A DNA stretch of 64,000 nucleotides from Naegleria gruberi (lineage: Eukaryota). A program made the translations under genes and the position numbers. The notes below the pieces were generated by a model. That model ran no database searches. It was not told the DNA's origin and saw only the letters and a list, made by a program, of their open reading frames with translations. Positions 42,222-52,445 of the stretch are shown here, one piece after another (position 1 is the stretch's first letter; each line of letters opens with the position of its first letter). Location of the stretch: NCBI GenBank assembly GCA_000004985.1, contig GG738868.1. One strand, given 5' to 3'.

Positions 42222-42812
42222 ATGTCTTCCACACCAACATCATCAAGCAGTAAAAATATTGGTGTCAGCTCTAATATGATTGGTACAGGTTCTCCCTTGA
42301 GAAATCTTGAATATCCACAATTTTCTACACAAAGTCCTCTAAAGAGAGGGTTATTGGAAGGTAATTCAACAAGACCCGAGAGTTCAACTCTGAGAAATTC
42401 ATATAATAGTACATTAAGAAGTGATCTTTCCTTCCAGATAGGTTCCTCACTCTCAATAGACATGATCACTCAACACGATTTGATCTTTAAACAAATGGAT
42501 AGACAAAGAGCAGAACTCTACCAACGAATGCAAGATAGAATTCAAAGAGCCAAACAATTAGGACATATTTGTAAAGATCAAATTAATTATCTTAAATCTA
42601 AAATCATGGACTTGGAAGAGAGAATTAACGAAGCAAATAACGAACATTTCAACAAGCATGTTCTTCAAATAGATCCAAAAACAGCCATCGATTCTCTCTC
42701 TGCTATTCTTTCCGATGATGAAGATATCACCGAATTAAATAGAAGTAAAATCTCTGATAAGAGTCTTAACAGTAGTTTATTCAGCGACTCGAAACACAAC
42801 CTTGATGAATGA
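42222..42812 (+). CDS. Hypothetical coiled-coil protein
   Basis: 196-aa ORF. S-rich N-terminus, then heptad-like region (AELYQRMQDRIQRAKQL..LKSKIMDLEERINEANNEH). Confidence 0.35.
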   Translation: MSSTPTSSSSKNIGVSSNMIGTGSPLRNLEYPQFSTQSPLKRGLLEGNSTRPESSTLRNSYNSTLRSDLSFQIGSSLSIDMITQHDLIFKQMDRQRAELYQRMQDRIQRAKQLGHICKDQINYLKSKIMDLEERINEANNEHFNKHVLQIDPKTAIDSLSAILSDDEDITELNRSKISDKSLNSSLFSDSKHNLDE

Positions 42813-43258
42813 AGCGATGACCTTGACAATCTTTGAAGATTATCAAACCTATCTTAAACATTCAATTTCTGTAAATACCATTATCAAGTGTTTCATCTGA
42901 AATCGAAACCTTTCGCTTCCAACTCCTTCTCGAGAGAATCCACTTCATTAATAAATGGATGATGAATAACAATTTCAGAACGCACATAGACGTTCTTCCT
43001 TCATAATTGAATGAAAAATTCATCTAGCGCACCAATGTAAGTCCGTCATTTCTTCGACCAATGACACCGCTCGACTGAAACAGCTGGTACATGGAAATTC
43101 TAATGTTGCTCATCAAAACATATTCAAAAATCAACACCAAAAAAAAGCTAACAAATCTCAACAAGCAACATACAGCTTTGTTGAACAATACCCTCCGAGT
43201 ACATTATTATACTTTATTCTAATACTACTAGTACTTAGCTATAATTTTTTTGATCATC

Positions 43259-46200
43259 ATGCAGCAGCAGCAACAGCAAACTACTGTAACAATAGAAGAA
43301 AAGAAAAATGTGCAATTTGCATCTAATACAACTCCAGAACAACAACAACAGGGAACAACACCTCATAAAAATGCTACCGAGAGAAGTGATTTATTGATGA
43401 AGACTACCCTCGCTAAGGACTTTAATCAAATTAGAGGGCTCTTTTTGAAATCTTTCTTTTTGCAATTGAAGCAGTACAAGTAGGTTTAGTTTTTAATTTT
43501 GACAATTTTTAAAACCGAAAATTATAGAACTAATCTTTGTCAATTACTCTTCCCAGTCATGTGTCTAGTTTTTATATTTATTTTGCAAGCAGTTTTGAAT
43601 ACCATTGTTGCAGGATTTTTGAATAGTGCAGGTAGTGATGGTGTAGTAAGAATTAATTCTACTTCTGTAGAACTTTCTCAGTTAATGTTACAAGCAAAAT
43701 CATTACAATCTGGAAAGAATATTTCATTTTCACCACCGGAAGCCATCTATGTCACAAGTGACAAGCTTGGTTATCTTGATAGTATTGGATTTGGAAAATT
43801 GTCACCTAATCTCACACTTTCTAATGGATTTTTAAGAAATATTGGACCGATTAGTAGACTTTCAGCAAGTACGGCTGTAAATGGTACTTTCAATTACACT
43901 GGTTGGGTATCAATTCCATACTCTGTATCCTCACCATTCACTGATGAAACTTCTATGGATGAAATCATTTATGATCATATGGGTGCCGTTTCTAAACCTG
44001 AAAATTTGGATGCCGTAGGTGGATACATTATTAGAGACTTATCCATCTCTGATAAGGTTTCTACCAAAACCACGTTTAATTATACTGTAGAATATGATTA
44101 TGATGAAAAGACTCAATTCTGTAAGAATTACATCAAAAAAACACCATACTCGTATGCAATTAAGAGTTGCAAAGATGCTATTGGTGTAGGTCTTCAGAAT
44201 TGGATGAATGATGCTTTTTTGAGAAATATTACAGGTTCATTCAGAATTAGAACTTATACTGCTCAAATGGCATATGATACCGAAGTTGCAACTTTCCAAA
44301 TTGCTGACTTGTTGGGATTCTTCTTCTTCCCTATGATTTTATGTTTATTGCTCCCATCATTCTCATTCACAATTGTCTTGGAAAAACAATTCAAGTTGAG
44401 AGAAATGATGAAACTCATGGGTATGAAGATGAGATACTACTTTTTAGTGACCTATGTATTCTTTTATCTTCTCTATTGTATCTCTGCCGCATTGTTTATT
44501 ATTTTCTCATTGATTTTCAGATTTAGATTCATTACCCAAACCAATCCGTTTATGCTTTTCCTCTTCTTTATTGCCTGGGGTAATACTTTGGTTAGTTTTG
44601 CTTTCCTTTTGTCATCATTTATTGGTAAAACCATTGTTGCTACCATTATTTCCTACCTCATTGTCCTTATTATGCCTATGGTAGGAATCATTTTGGAAAC
44701 TGCAGTCTATACTAATGTTCCAGAAGCAAGATTTGGTTTGTTGACAATTTTCCCGTTACAGATAACTCATTTTGTCTATGCTGCCTCAAGTTCTTGCAAT
44801 TCATTTGAATGTTTGAAGAAGGTTTCTGATATCTATGATAACCAATCTGTGTTTTATTCCTTAATTTATATGGTTGGTATGTCATTTGTGTACTTTATCC
44901 TTGGTTTGTACTTTGATGCTGTTGTTCCTCAACCATTCGGTGTCTCTAGACATCCTCTCTTCTTTTTGGAATGGATTTGGAAACCATTCACAAGAAATAG
45001 AGTGAAGAGTAAGAATGGAACTGCCAAGAATAGAGTCAGTCCATGCTCTAAACAAGAAAATCAAGATGAAGAAATAGTTGTAGATGCTGTTAAGGGAGAA
45101 ACTATGGACTCTGATGTCGCTGAGGAATATTTCAAGGTTAATCCACCTGGATATGACAATAAGCAAATGCAAGAACATGTGAAAAAGTTGAGAGAAGATA
45201 ATGGTGTTGTTCTCTTTAATTTAGAAAAGACCTATGGTTTGAATAGAGCTGTAAAGGGTACTTGTTTGACCATTGGTAAATCTGAATGTTTCGGGTTATT
45301 GGGAATGAACGGTGCAGGTAAATCTACTACCATTTCCATGTTATCTGGTATGTTTGGTCCAAGTAATGGTACAGCATACATATATAATAAGGACATTAGA
45401 TATGATATGGAAAGCATTCACAAAATGATGGGTTTGACAGCTCAATTTGACATTTTATATCCTGACCTTACTTGTGAAGAACATTTATTATTCTACAGTA
45501 GACTGAAAGGTATTCAATTGAAACATGAAAAGGAACATGTTCAATCCTTGTTAAGACAAGTTGGTTTGGATAATGATACACTGAAAACTAAATGGTCACC
45601 AAACTCTAGCTCACTTTCAGGAGGTATGAAGAGAAGATTATCTATTGCTATTTCACTGGTTGGTGACCCTAATGTCATTCTTCTTGATGAACCTACCACT
45701 GGTTTGGATCCTCTCTCAAAGAGACACTTGTGGGATATTATTCTCGCTCAAAAGAAAAATCGTACAATTATTTTGACTACTCACTCTATGGAAGAAGCCG
45801 ATGTCTTGTGTGATAGAATTACAATCATGAATAAGGGTTCTTTCAAGTGTCTTGGATCTGGTGTCAGATTGAAGAGTAAATTTGGTGATGGTTTCTTATT
45901 GACTGTCAGTTATGGAGTTTCAAGTCAAGAAGCTGCTGAAAAGTACGTCTACGATTATGTTCCAGAAGCTCAAAAAGATTTAACACTCACTGGTACCACT
46001 ACTTTCAAGATTCCATTCTTCAATACCAAGCAAATTGGGGAAACTGTTGCAGATAATAGATCTATTGCAGGTCTCTTCCAACATATGGAATCTGGTAAAA
46101 TCAATCATGGTATTAAGGAATGGGCTCTTAATCAAGTATCCCTCGAACAAGTATTCTTGAATATTGTTTCTAAGGACTCTGAGAAGAGATCTCAAGCTGA

Positions 46201-46261
46201 AAAGGATGTCAAATGTGCTCACAAGAGATCTTCTGTTCTAATTAGACAATGTCTCTGTTAA
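43259..46261 (+). CDS. ABC transporter, ABCA subfamily, half-size (TMD-NBD), 2 exons
   Basis: Exon 1 43259..43479 (..FLKSFFLQLKQYK) joins exon 2 43528..46261 through a GTAGGT..TATAG intron. There is a large extracellular-loop region after TM1, then 6 TM helices. The NBD has Walker A GMNGAGKST, ABC signature LSGGMKRRLSIAISL and Walker B ILLDEPTTGLD. An ABCA-typical N-terminus is present (LWKN-like block, TNLCQLLFPVMCLVFIFIL). Confidence 0.8.
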
Positions 46262-46392
46262 TTGTTGAAAATTAAACATTTCTAATTGTAACTCTTTTTA
46301 ACATCAAAATATCTTCCAATAAACAACAAGCAATCCGATTCCAATAATTGTGTTCCATTAACTTCAAAACAAGAATCAAAAAAACACCCAAA

Positions 46393-47246
46393 AATGTCTG
46401 ACTTGTATTTTAATATGAAATTTGCTTCCAAGCAATTCGAACGTCAAAGGTTTGTTGTTTGGAGCGATCACAAGAATAACCGACGACATAATGAATATAT
46501 ACACTTTGATTATTGTTTTTTCGGAATGAATATTATTATTTAAATATATAATGTGATGATGGAAATATTTAATTTACTTGACAATTTTTTGATAATTTAT
46601 TTGAAATATTAATAGTAAAAAGAGTGAAAAGGAACAAGTAAAGGAACGTACAAAAATCAAACAAGCTTTGGAGAAGGGAAATGTTGAAGCTGCCCGAATT
46701 CACTCCTCCAATGTAATTCGATTGAAGAATGAGGCTAATAATTTCCTGAGATTATCGGCACGTTTGGAAGCTTGTGCTAGTAGGTAGAGTATCAAATTTT
46801 ACAGAGTTTTATTCAATGAATTTTGAAAGAGTGAAAACTGCTGAAATGATGGGAAATGTTGTCAAGACTATGGGAACTGTTGTGAAAGGAATGGACAAGG
46901 CATTGGAAGCATTGGATACAGAAAAGATTGGAATGATTATGGATAAATTTGAAGAACAAGTTCAAGGATTGGATGTGACAACTTCATATATGGAATCAAG
47001 TATGAATACTGTGACAGCAACAAATACCCCTGAGGATGAAGTTAATTGTACGTTTATTTGGAAATTATTGCATTATTAATAATTGTAGCATTGATGGCAC
47101 AAGTTGTGGATGAGAATAATTTGAATTTGGATCAAACTATTTCACTTGCCAAAGTTGGAAAGGATCAAATTTCTGAAATTCAAGCTGAAGCTCTCATGAA
47201 AGAAGTACAAAAACAAAGAGAGAAGAAGAAGGCACTCATGATGTAA
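46393..47246 (+). CDS. CHMP1: ESCRT-III subunit CHMP1/Did2 (Snf7 family), 4 exons
   Basis: Exons 46393..46448, 46616..46783, 46830..47047, 47089..47246 (introns of 167, 46 and 41 nt; donors GTTTGT, GTAGAG, GTACGT). They give a 199-aa product, MSDLYFNMKFASKQFERQ|SKKSEKEQVKERTKIKQALEKGNVEAARIHSSNVIRLKNEANNFLRLSARLEACAS|RVKTAEMMGNVVKTMGTVVKGMDKALEALDTEKIGMIMDKFEEQVQGLDVTTSYMESSMNTVTATNTPEDEVN|SLMAQVVDENNLNLDQ.., colinear with human CHMP1A/B over the full length. Confidence 0.8.
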
Positions 47247-47337
47247 ATTATGTAAATAATCAAATGATAAAATTAAAAAATTCTTAAATAGTACAGAAAT
47301 TGGATTCAAATTTTTTAAGTTTTGTAAAGACAAAATA

Positions 47338-47359
47338 CTACAGCACCACAGGTTCCCAA
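47338..47359 (-). repeat. Duplicated 22-nt copy of the 5S rRNA 3' end, 33 bp downstream of the 5S gene
   Basis: ctacagcaccacaggttcccaa (47338..47359) is identical to 47395..47416, the last 22 nt of the 5S gene. It is followed by a T-rich tract. Confidence 0.7.
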
Positions 47360-47391
47360 CAAAATATTTAAAGTTAAGCGAAGAGAAAAAA

Positions 47392-47509
47392 GACTACAGC
47401 ACCACAGGTTCCCAAGTTGTCTCCAACCTCAGTACTGATGTGGCTCGACGATGCTTAACTTCTCAAATCGGACGGGATGAGGTGCATTCATCGTGATATG
47501 GCCGTAGCC
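47392..47509 (-). rRNA. 5S: 5S ribosomal RNA gene
   Basis: The minus-strand sequence GGCTACGGCCATATCACGATGAATGCACCTCATCCCGTCCGATTTGAGAAGTTAAGCATCGTCGAGCCACATCAGTACTGAGGTTGGAGACAACTTGGGAACCTGTGGTGCTGTAGTC aligns along its length with eukaryotic 5S rRNA. Helix I ends pair (GGCTACGGCC / GCTGTAGTC). The loop C and loop E regions are conserved (CCGATCTCGTCTGATCTCGGAAGCTAAGCAGGGTCGGGCC analogue). A T6 Pol III terminator follows (47386..47391). Confidence 0.85.
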
Positions 47510-48019
47510 ATTCATTATGTAAAAATATGAATCATGAACATTTAATCTCCCTCTTCGCTGTAAACTATTTATCATTTTGAAAAGGCATGGGATTTGGTAT
47601 TAACTTTCGAACATTGCCATTGGATCATTCTGGCAATTTGGAAATGAAACAAGATATTGATTTGAATTTTATCCATCGTTAGGAGGAACAAACTCCGTGA
47701 TTTGGTCAAATAAGAGAAATGAATCCAATGTGTGTTGATCAACGTTTCACTCCTTGTGGTCGAATGTAAGTTCATGAATTTGTCAATTATGAAGTAGCTG
47801 AAAAGGGAAACCAATCACAAAATACTGACATATTACTTCTCCAGCACAAATTACTTGCTTTCCAAACCAGGAGTTGTAAGTCCAGTAATTAGTTTAACCA
47901 ATGTTCAAGCATTGGAAATTCAATTGACTAAAGAGGAGAAGAAGAGTTTGGAAGGCGCCTATTCTACAAAGGAAATTCAAGGAATGTTCAAGTGTGATTA
48001 AATAGAGATTGATTAAAAT

Positions 48020-49515
48020 TTATTCTTCCAAATAATTTAATTTCTGATTTTCAGTAATATCAAGAAATGTCAAGTTTTTCAATTCCTGTATGTATTCAAT
48101 CCCTTCTCTACCAATATTATTATTATGAATATCAAGATATGTTAATTGTTCCATTCCACTAATATATTTAGCACCAATATCGGTAATACCGTTCATATAT
48201 ACATTTAGATTGGTCAATTGCTTCATTTCACTAACATATTCGGCACCTTCATCACCAATTTCATTACAACCAACATCAAGATTAGTCAATTGTTTCATTT
48301 CACTAATGTGTTTAATTCCTTCCACACCAATATTGCTGAATGAAATACTAAGATAAATCAAGTGGTTCATTCCACTTAAAAATTTAGCACCCTCATCTCC
48401 AACATTGTTCATGGCAATTTCCAGATTTGTCAGGTTTTTAGACGACCACTAGCAATATATGCAATACCCTCAACATCTATATTGTTATTTTCTATATTGA
48501 GAAATGTTAATTGTTCCAAATCTAGTATGAGCTCACATCCTTTGTTTCCAATATTATTTCCAGAAATTATAAGATGTTTCAATTGTTTCATATTAATTAT
48601 GTGTTTGACTCCTTCTACTCCAATGTTACAGCAATTCATATTAAGTTTAGTCAATTGTGTCATTTCACTTATATGTTTAGCTCCTTCCACACCAATTAAA
48701 TTGACAGCAATACTGAGAGAAGTCAATTGCTTCATTTCAGATATGTATTCAATGCCTTGTTGACGAAGTGCATTAGTAGAAACGTCGAGATTATTTAATT
48801 GCCTCATCTCTCTTAAATATTTGGCACCTTCTTCACCAATCTTGTTATTTGATATATCAAGAAAAGTTAATTTACTCAGTCCAATAATGTGTTTAACACC
48901 TTCAACACCGATCCTATTGGATCCTATATTGAGATTGGTCAAATGTTTCATTTCAGATAGATATTTTGCTCCTTCCACACCTATTTCACAATTATCAATA
49001 TGAAGAGTATTCAGTTGTTCCAATTCACTTAGATATTTCGCACCTTCATGAGTAATTGCATTTCCATTAATATTTAGATTAATTAATTTATCAAGTTGAC
49101 CAATATATTTAGTATTTTCCACATTCATATTATTGTAAGAAATAGAAAGATTAGTTAATTGTTTCATCCATTCGAATATTTTACAATCAAACACAACACT
49201 ATCACTTCTTCTCTTTTCAACTTTAAGAGTTGCAATATTTTGTAAAAATTGACCTTGCATTTTCGAATGGTCATGATTGCGTGTCAATGAAAGTTTACAT
49301 CTATCCGAAATGACATGCAACCACTGTTTAGAAACTAATGCACAACCCGTTACCATAAATTTAAAATCATGGCAAAGAAATGATAAAATTTCATAAAGTG
49401 AATCATCTGAAAAAACATTTGCTTTTGAAAAACCATTGATGGCTGACTTGTCAGAGCTGATGGCTTGGTTTTTTAGTTTGCTCATTTTTTTTGAAATGAG
49501 TTCAGCAATGTTCAA
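48020..49515 (-). CDS. F-box / leucine-rich repeat (RI-type LRR) protein; reading frame broken at a T5 run (48435..48439)
   Basis: ORF 48430..49515 carries an N-terminal F-box (DDSLYEILSFLCHDFKFMVTGCALVSKQWLHVISD), then about ten 24-aa LRR units (LTNLNIGSNRIGVEGVKHI.E.KQ). ORF 48020..48412 continues the same repeat (NNVGDEGAKFLSGMNHLIYLSIS..) in the -1 frame. One extra A in the A5 run would read ..GIAYIASGRLKNLTNLEIAMNNVGDEGAKFL.. with perfect repeat periodicity. Confidence 0.7.
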
Positions 49516-49720
49516 GCCTTCATTCTTTTAGAAGTTTGAAGAAAAGCATTTTTTTGTAACTTTAAATTTAAAAAAAAAAGATAGTAAGTGGAGGCTATTT
49601 TCCTGATGGTTTCAAGATATGAATCTGTAAAAAATGAATAACTTCTAGATAATATTGAGTTGAACATACAGTAAAAATATCTGAACTGAAACATTAGAGA
49701 TGGAAGCAAAAATTGATCTC

Positions 49721-49770
49721 GAGTGCCGGGAATTGAACCCGTCTGGAATGCTACCACTATACCACACCCG
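49721..49770 (-). pseudogene. tRNA-like sequence lacking an anticodon arm (degenerate tRNA or tRNA-derived Pol III element)
   Basis: The minus strand CGGGTGTGGTATAGTGGTAGCATTCCAGAC-GGGTTCAATTCCCGGCACTCGA has an acceptor 5' strand, a D-arm with AGTGGTAG loop, then directly a T-arm (GGGTTCAATTCCC), an acceptor 3' strand pairing with the 5' end (CGGGTGT/GCACTCG, 2 G-U), and a T5 run 10 nt downstream (49706..49710). The 5' two-thirds closely resembles tRNA-Pro/Gly, and about 17-20 nt (the anticodon stem-loop) are missing. Confidence 0.45.
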
Positions 49771-50317
49771 ATTACACAAAAAGAACATTAAATTCTTAAA
49801 TGTTTGCTTCAAAAGTTGAAAGTGGCATTTCCTAAAGCAATAAATGGTCAAACACGTGGCTGAATTTGAAAAATTGTCTCTTGTTCAATTAAAAAAAAAG
49901 TAACCTACTGCAATGAATCTTCAGTCGAGTATTTTCATAGATTCATTAAGCCCTCTTGTCCAATCACACGATATCGTTCAAGAAATTGTGCAAGAGGGCC
50001 TACTATTAATTGAGAGGGAGGAAATCCACAAGCATTAAATAAATTTTGCAGTATTGTAAATCAACAGCAGTAAAAGAGGAACTTAAATAATAGTAAACAC
50101 CAACCCAAACAATTTGGATAAGATTGAATTGACATTTTTTCAATAAAGTCTTGAATTGTGAAATTTTCAATTTATTCTTTCTGAATTTCAGTTCAATAAC
50201 ATTGCCAAAGAACAAATTCTTTATTGGAAGGCTCTAGAAACTCTGCTTCTAGTCTAAAATCATATTGTTGGTCAATGTCTAAAAGGGTCACTTATTAAGG
50301 AACATCCAATTCTGATC

Positions 50318-52156
50318 TCAAAAAAGGAAATTGGCTCCAAAATATTCATAATCTATTCTTTTTTGAAATATCTCCTTATTGAACCGAAAGCATTGTCCTG
50401 TTTGAACTGCTACCAATTCCTCAATTTCATCATAGTACTGATAGCCAATAAACCCAATTGTGTCATGCAAAGTTGACAAATTTTGGCATGCAGCCTCAAT
50501 AATAAGCTCTCTATCCATTATGTTTGAGTAAAAAATACTTCTACCGAACTGTCTGATAGCATCAAGAACTACTTCCCTATTGCTTTTCAATTCCATTGGA
50601 GCAAATTCTAATACTCCTCCAAAAACTTTAATAGCCCGTTTGAAAAATTCAATATTACTGGAAGAAATAGATAAAAATGGTAGGTAATAAAGCGCTTTTT
50701 CTTTGTATAATCTTAACCCTTCAATCATAGCCTCTTCTTTAAATGGAGCTTCACATGCATGTATTAGTGTTTCGATATCTTTTTTCAAACATTCCATACA
50801 AATAGAAAACTCAGCACCAATTTGTGAAAGTAAAATCTTCTGGAAATCTCCTCTGAAGTATGTGAACAGTGTTTTAGATCCTGTAAAGTTCATATTCTTA
50901 AGAGCTATCATCATTATATCTGTATCCTTCATTAACGAATAAGGAAGATATTGGATTAACAGCCCATTATGCCGTACAATTTGAATAGCTAGTTCTCTAT
51001 TTTCCAACAAACCAAGATCACGTGCAACCTCTACTACAAACGCATATGGATTTTTAAGGGTTTCTAGAATAATCTCCCTATCGTTATGGAGATGCTCTGC
51101 TGCATATTGAAAAGCAAATGAATTGCTCCTCACTGCCATCAATACCAATTCTCTATCGTTCTTATATTCATTGCATAGAAAATTTAATATTGATCCATTT
51201 GCGCAAAGACCCTCTCTCACTATTTCCTTATCGGTTAAGAATATCTTATTGGCATATCTCAGAGCCAATCCGTTATTCCTAATTGAGGTCAATACAATTT
51301 CCCTATCCGATTTAAATGTCTCACTTACTTGTTCCAAAGCAACTCCATGTTTTTCCACAACTTTTAACACTACATCCCTATCTTCAATCAAATTGTTAGG
51401 AATAGAGAATGAACTTCCAAAATCTGTCCTCCTATCAATGGCTTCCAAAAATACCTCCTTATAAATATAGTTGTTACACATTAAATCCAAAACTGATGGA
51501 TTTTGCTGAACTGCCTCTCTCACAATATCTCTACACGAACGATGATTTGTAAATATTTCAAGAATTAATCCATTTTGTTTCACCATGAACATAATATCAT
51601 CCGATGAAAACCCGTATTCATCTGTAAACTGTCTATATTCTTCATAATGCATTGCTAAAAACTTTAATCCAACATCTCTCCTTTCCCCATTCAATAAATC
51701 ACTCAATATTGAACCTCTATTAAACCTTGAACAATTTTTCAAGTTATAATTCGCAAAATCCAAAATTATTTCCTCATCCTTCAATAATTCCTCATCAATC
51801 ATGTCTGTTATATGCAGAATTGGTTTATATGGTGTAATTAGAACATTAGCCTTCCTCAGAAAATTTGAAACATATTTCTTGTCTTTTCTAAACTCAATCG
51901 GAATGTAATTATAACAATTTAAGGCTTCTTCTCTCCGTCTACTCCACAAAGCCTTTCCCTTCTGTTGGCATTCAAATTTCTTGATCATCAACTTTTGATA
52001 GTCGTGATGAGGAATTAAATCAATTAATTGAATCGAAACCAATTCTTCATCTTCTTCATCATCATAATGATGGAAATATTTATTTTCTTTGGCGGGAAAT
52101 TCTGAATCAAAATCTCTATCTAGCACTCGTTTCATTTTTTTTATAATTAATTGCAA
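50318..52156 (-). CDS. DUF4116-type helical repeat protein
   Basis: 612-aa ORF with at least 8 tandem ~36-aa repeats of the form DREIVLTSIRNNGLALRYANKIFLTDKEIVREGLCANGSILNFL, NDRELVLMAVRSNSFAFQYAAEHLHNDREIILE, SNREVVLDAIRQFGRS.. This is the pattern of the DUF4116 repeat family. Single exon. Confidence 0.6.
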   Translation of the reverse strand: MQLIIKKMKRVLDRDFDSEFPAKENKYFHHYDDEEDEELVSIQLIDLIPHHDYQKLMIKKFECQQKGKALWSRRREEALNCYNYIPIEFRKDKKYVSNFLRKANVLITPYKPILHITDMIDEELLKDEEIILDFANYNLKNCSRFNRGSILSDLLNGERRDVGLKFLAMHYEEYRQFTDEYGFSSDDIMFMVKQNGLILEIFTNHRSCRDIVREAVQQNPSVLDLMCNNYIYKEVFLEAIDRRTDFGSSFSIPNNLIEDRDVVLKVVEKHGVALEQVSETFKSDREIVLTSIRNNGLALRYANKIFLTDKEIVREGLCANGSILNFLCNEYKNDRELVLMAVRSNSFAFQYAAEHLHNDREIILETLKNPYAFVVEVARDLGLLENRELAIQIVRHNGLLIQYLPYSLMKDTDIMMIALKNMNFTGSKTLFTYFRGDFQKILLSQIGAEFSICMECLKKDIETLIHACEAPFKEEAMIEGLRLYKEKALYYLPFLSISSSNIEFFKRAIKVFGGVLEFAPMELKSNREVVLDAIRQFGRSIFYSNIMDRELIIEAACQNLSTLHDTIGFIGYQYYDEIEELVAVQTGQCFRFNKEIFQKRIDYEYFGANFLF

Positions 52157-52445
52157 TTACAAAGAATCATAATTGTAAAGTCTTTAAATGTGCAATAATT
52201 TGAATTGAACAACATTAAATAGAATTGAGGAGAAACAAAATATTAAACTAAAGCACTTAATAGTCTCCAATTGTAGACAAAAAATGCCAATCAATTAATA
52301 AAATGTGATCTGTCTACTCAACATGTCAATTTTCCACAATCAAAAAAAATAACAATTAACTGCACTTTCACTTTTTGAAATAATAATTCGGAGCGATCGG
52401 CTACTACTTTGCAGAAAATTTATACAAGAAACAATATTCGAAACC

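Noticed and set aside
47572-47814. ORF 47572..47814 (80 aa) next to the 5S rRNA gene
   Set aside because: It is a short ORF with no motifs in the 5S flanking region. It is more likely a chance ORF in the spacer.
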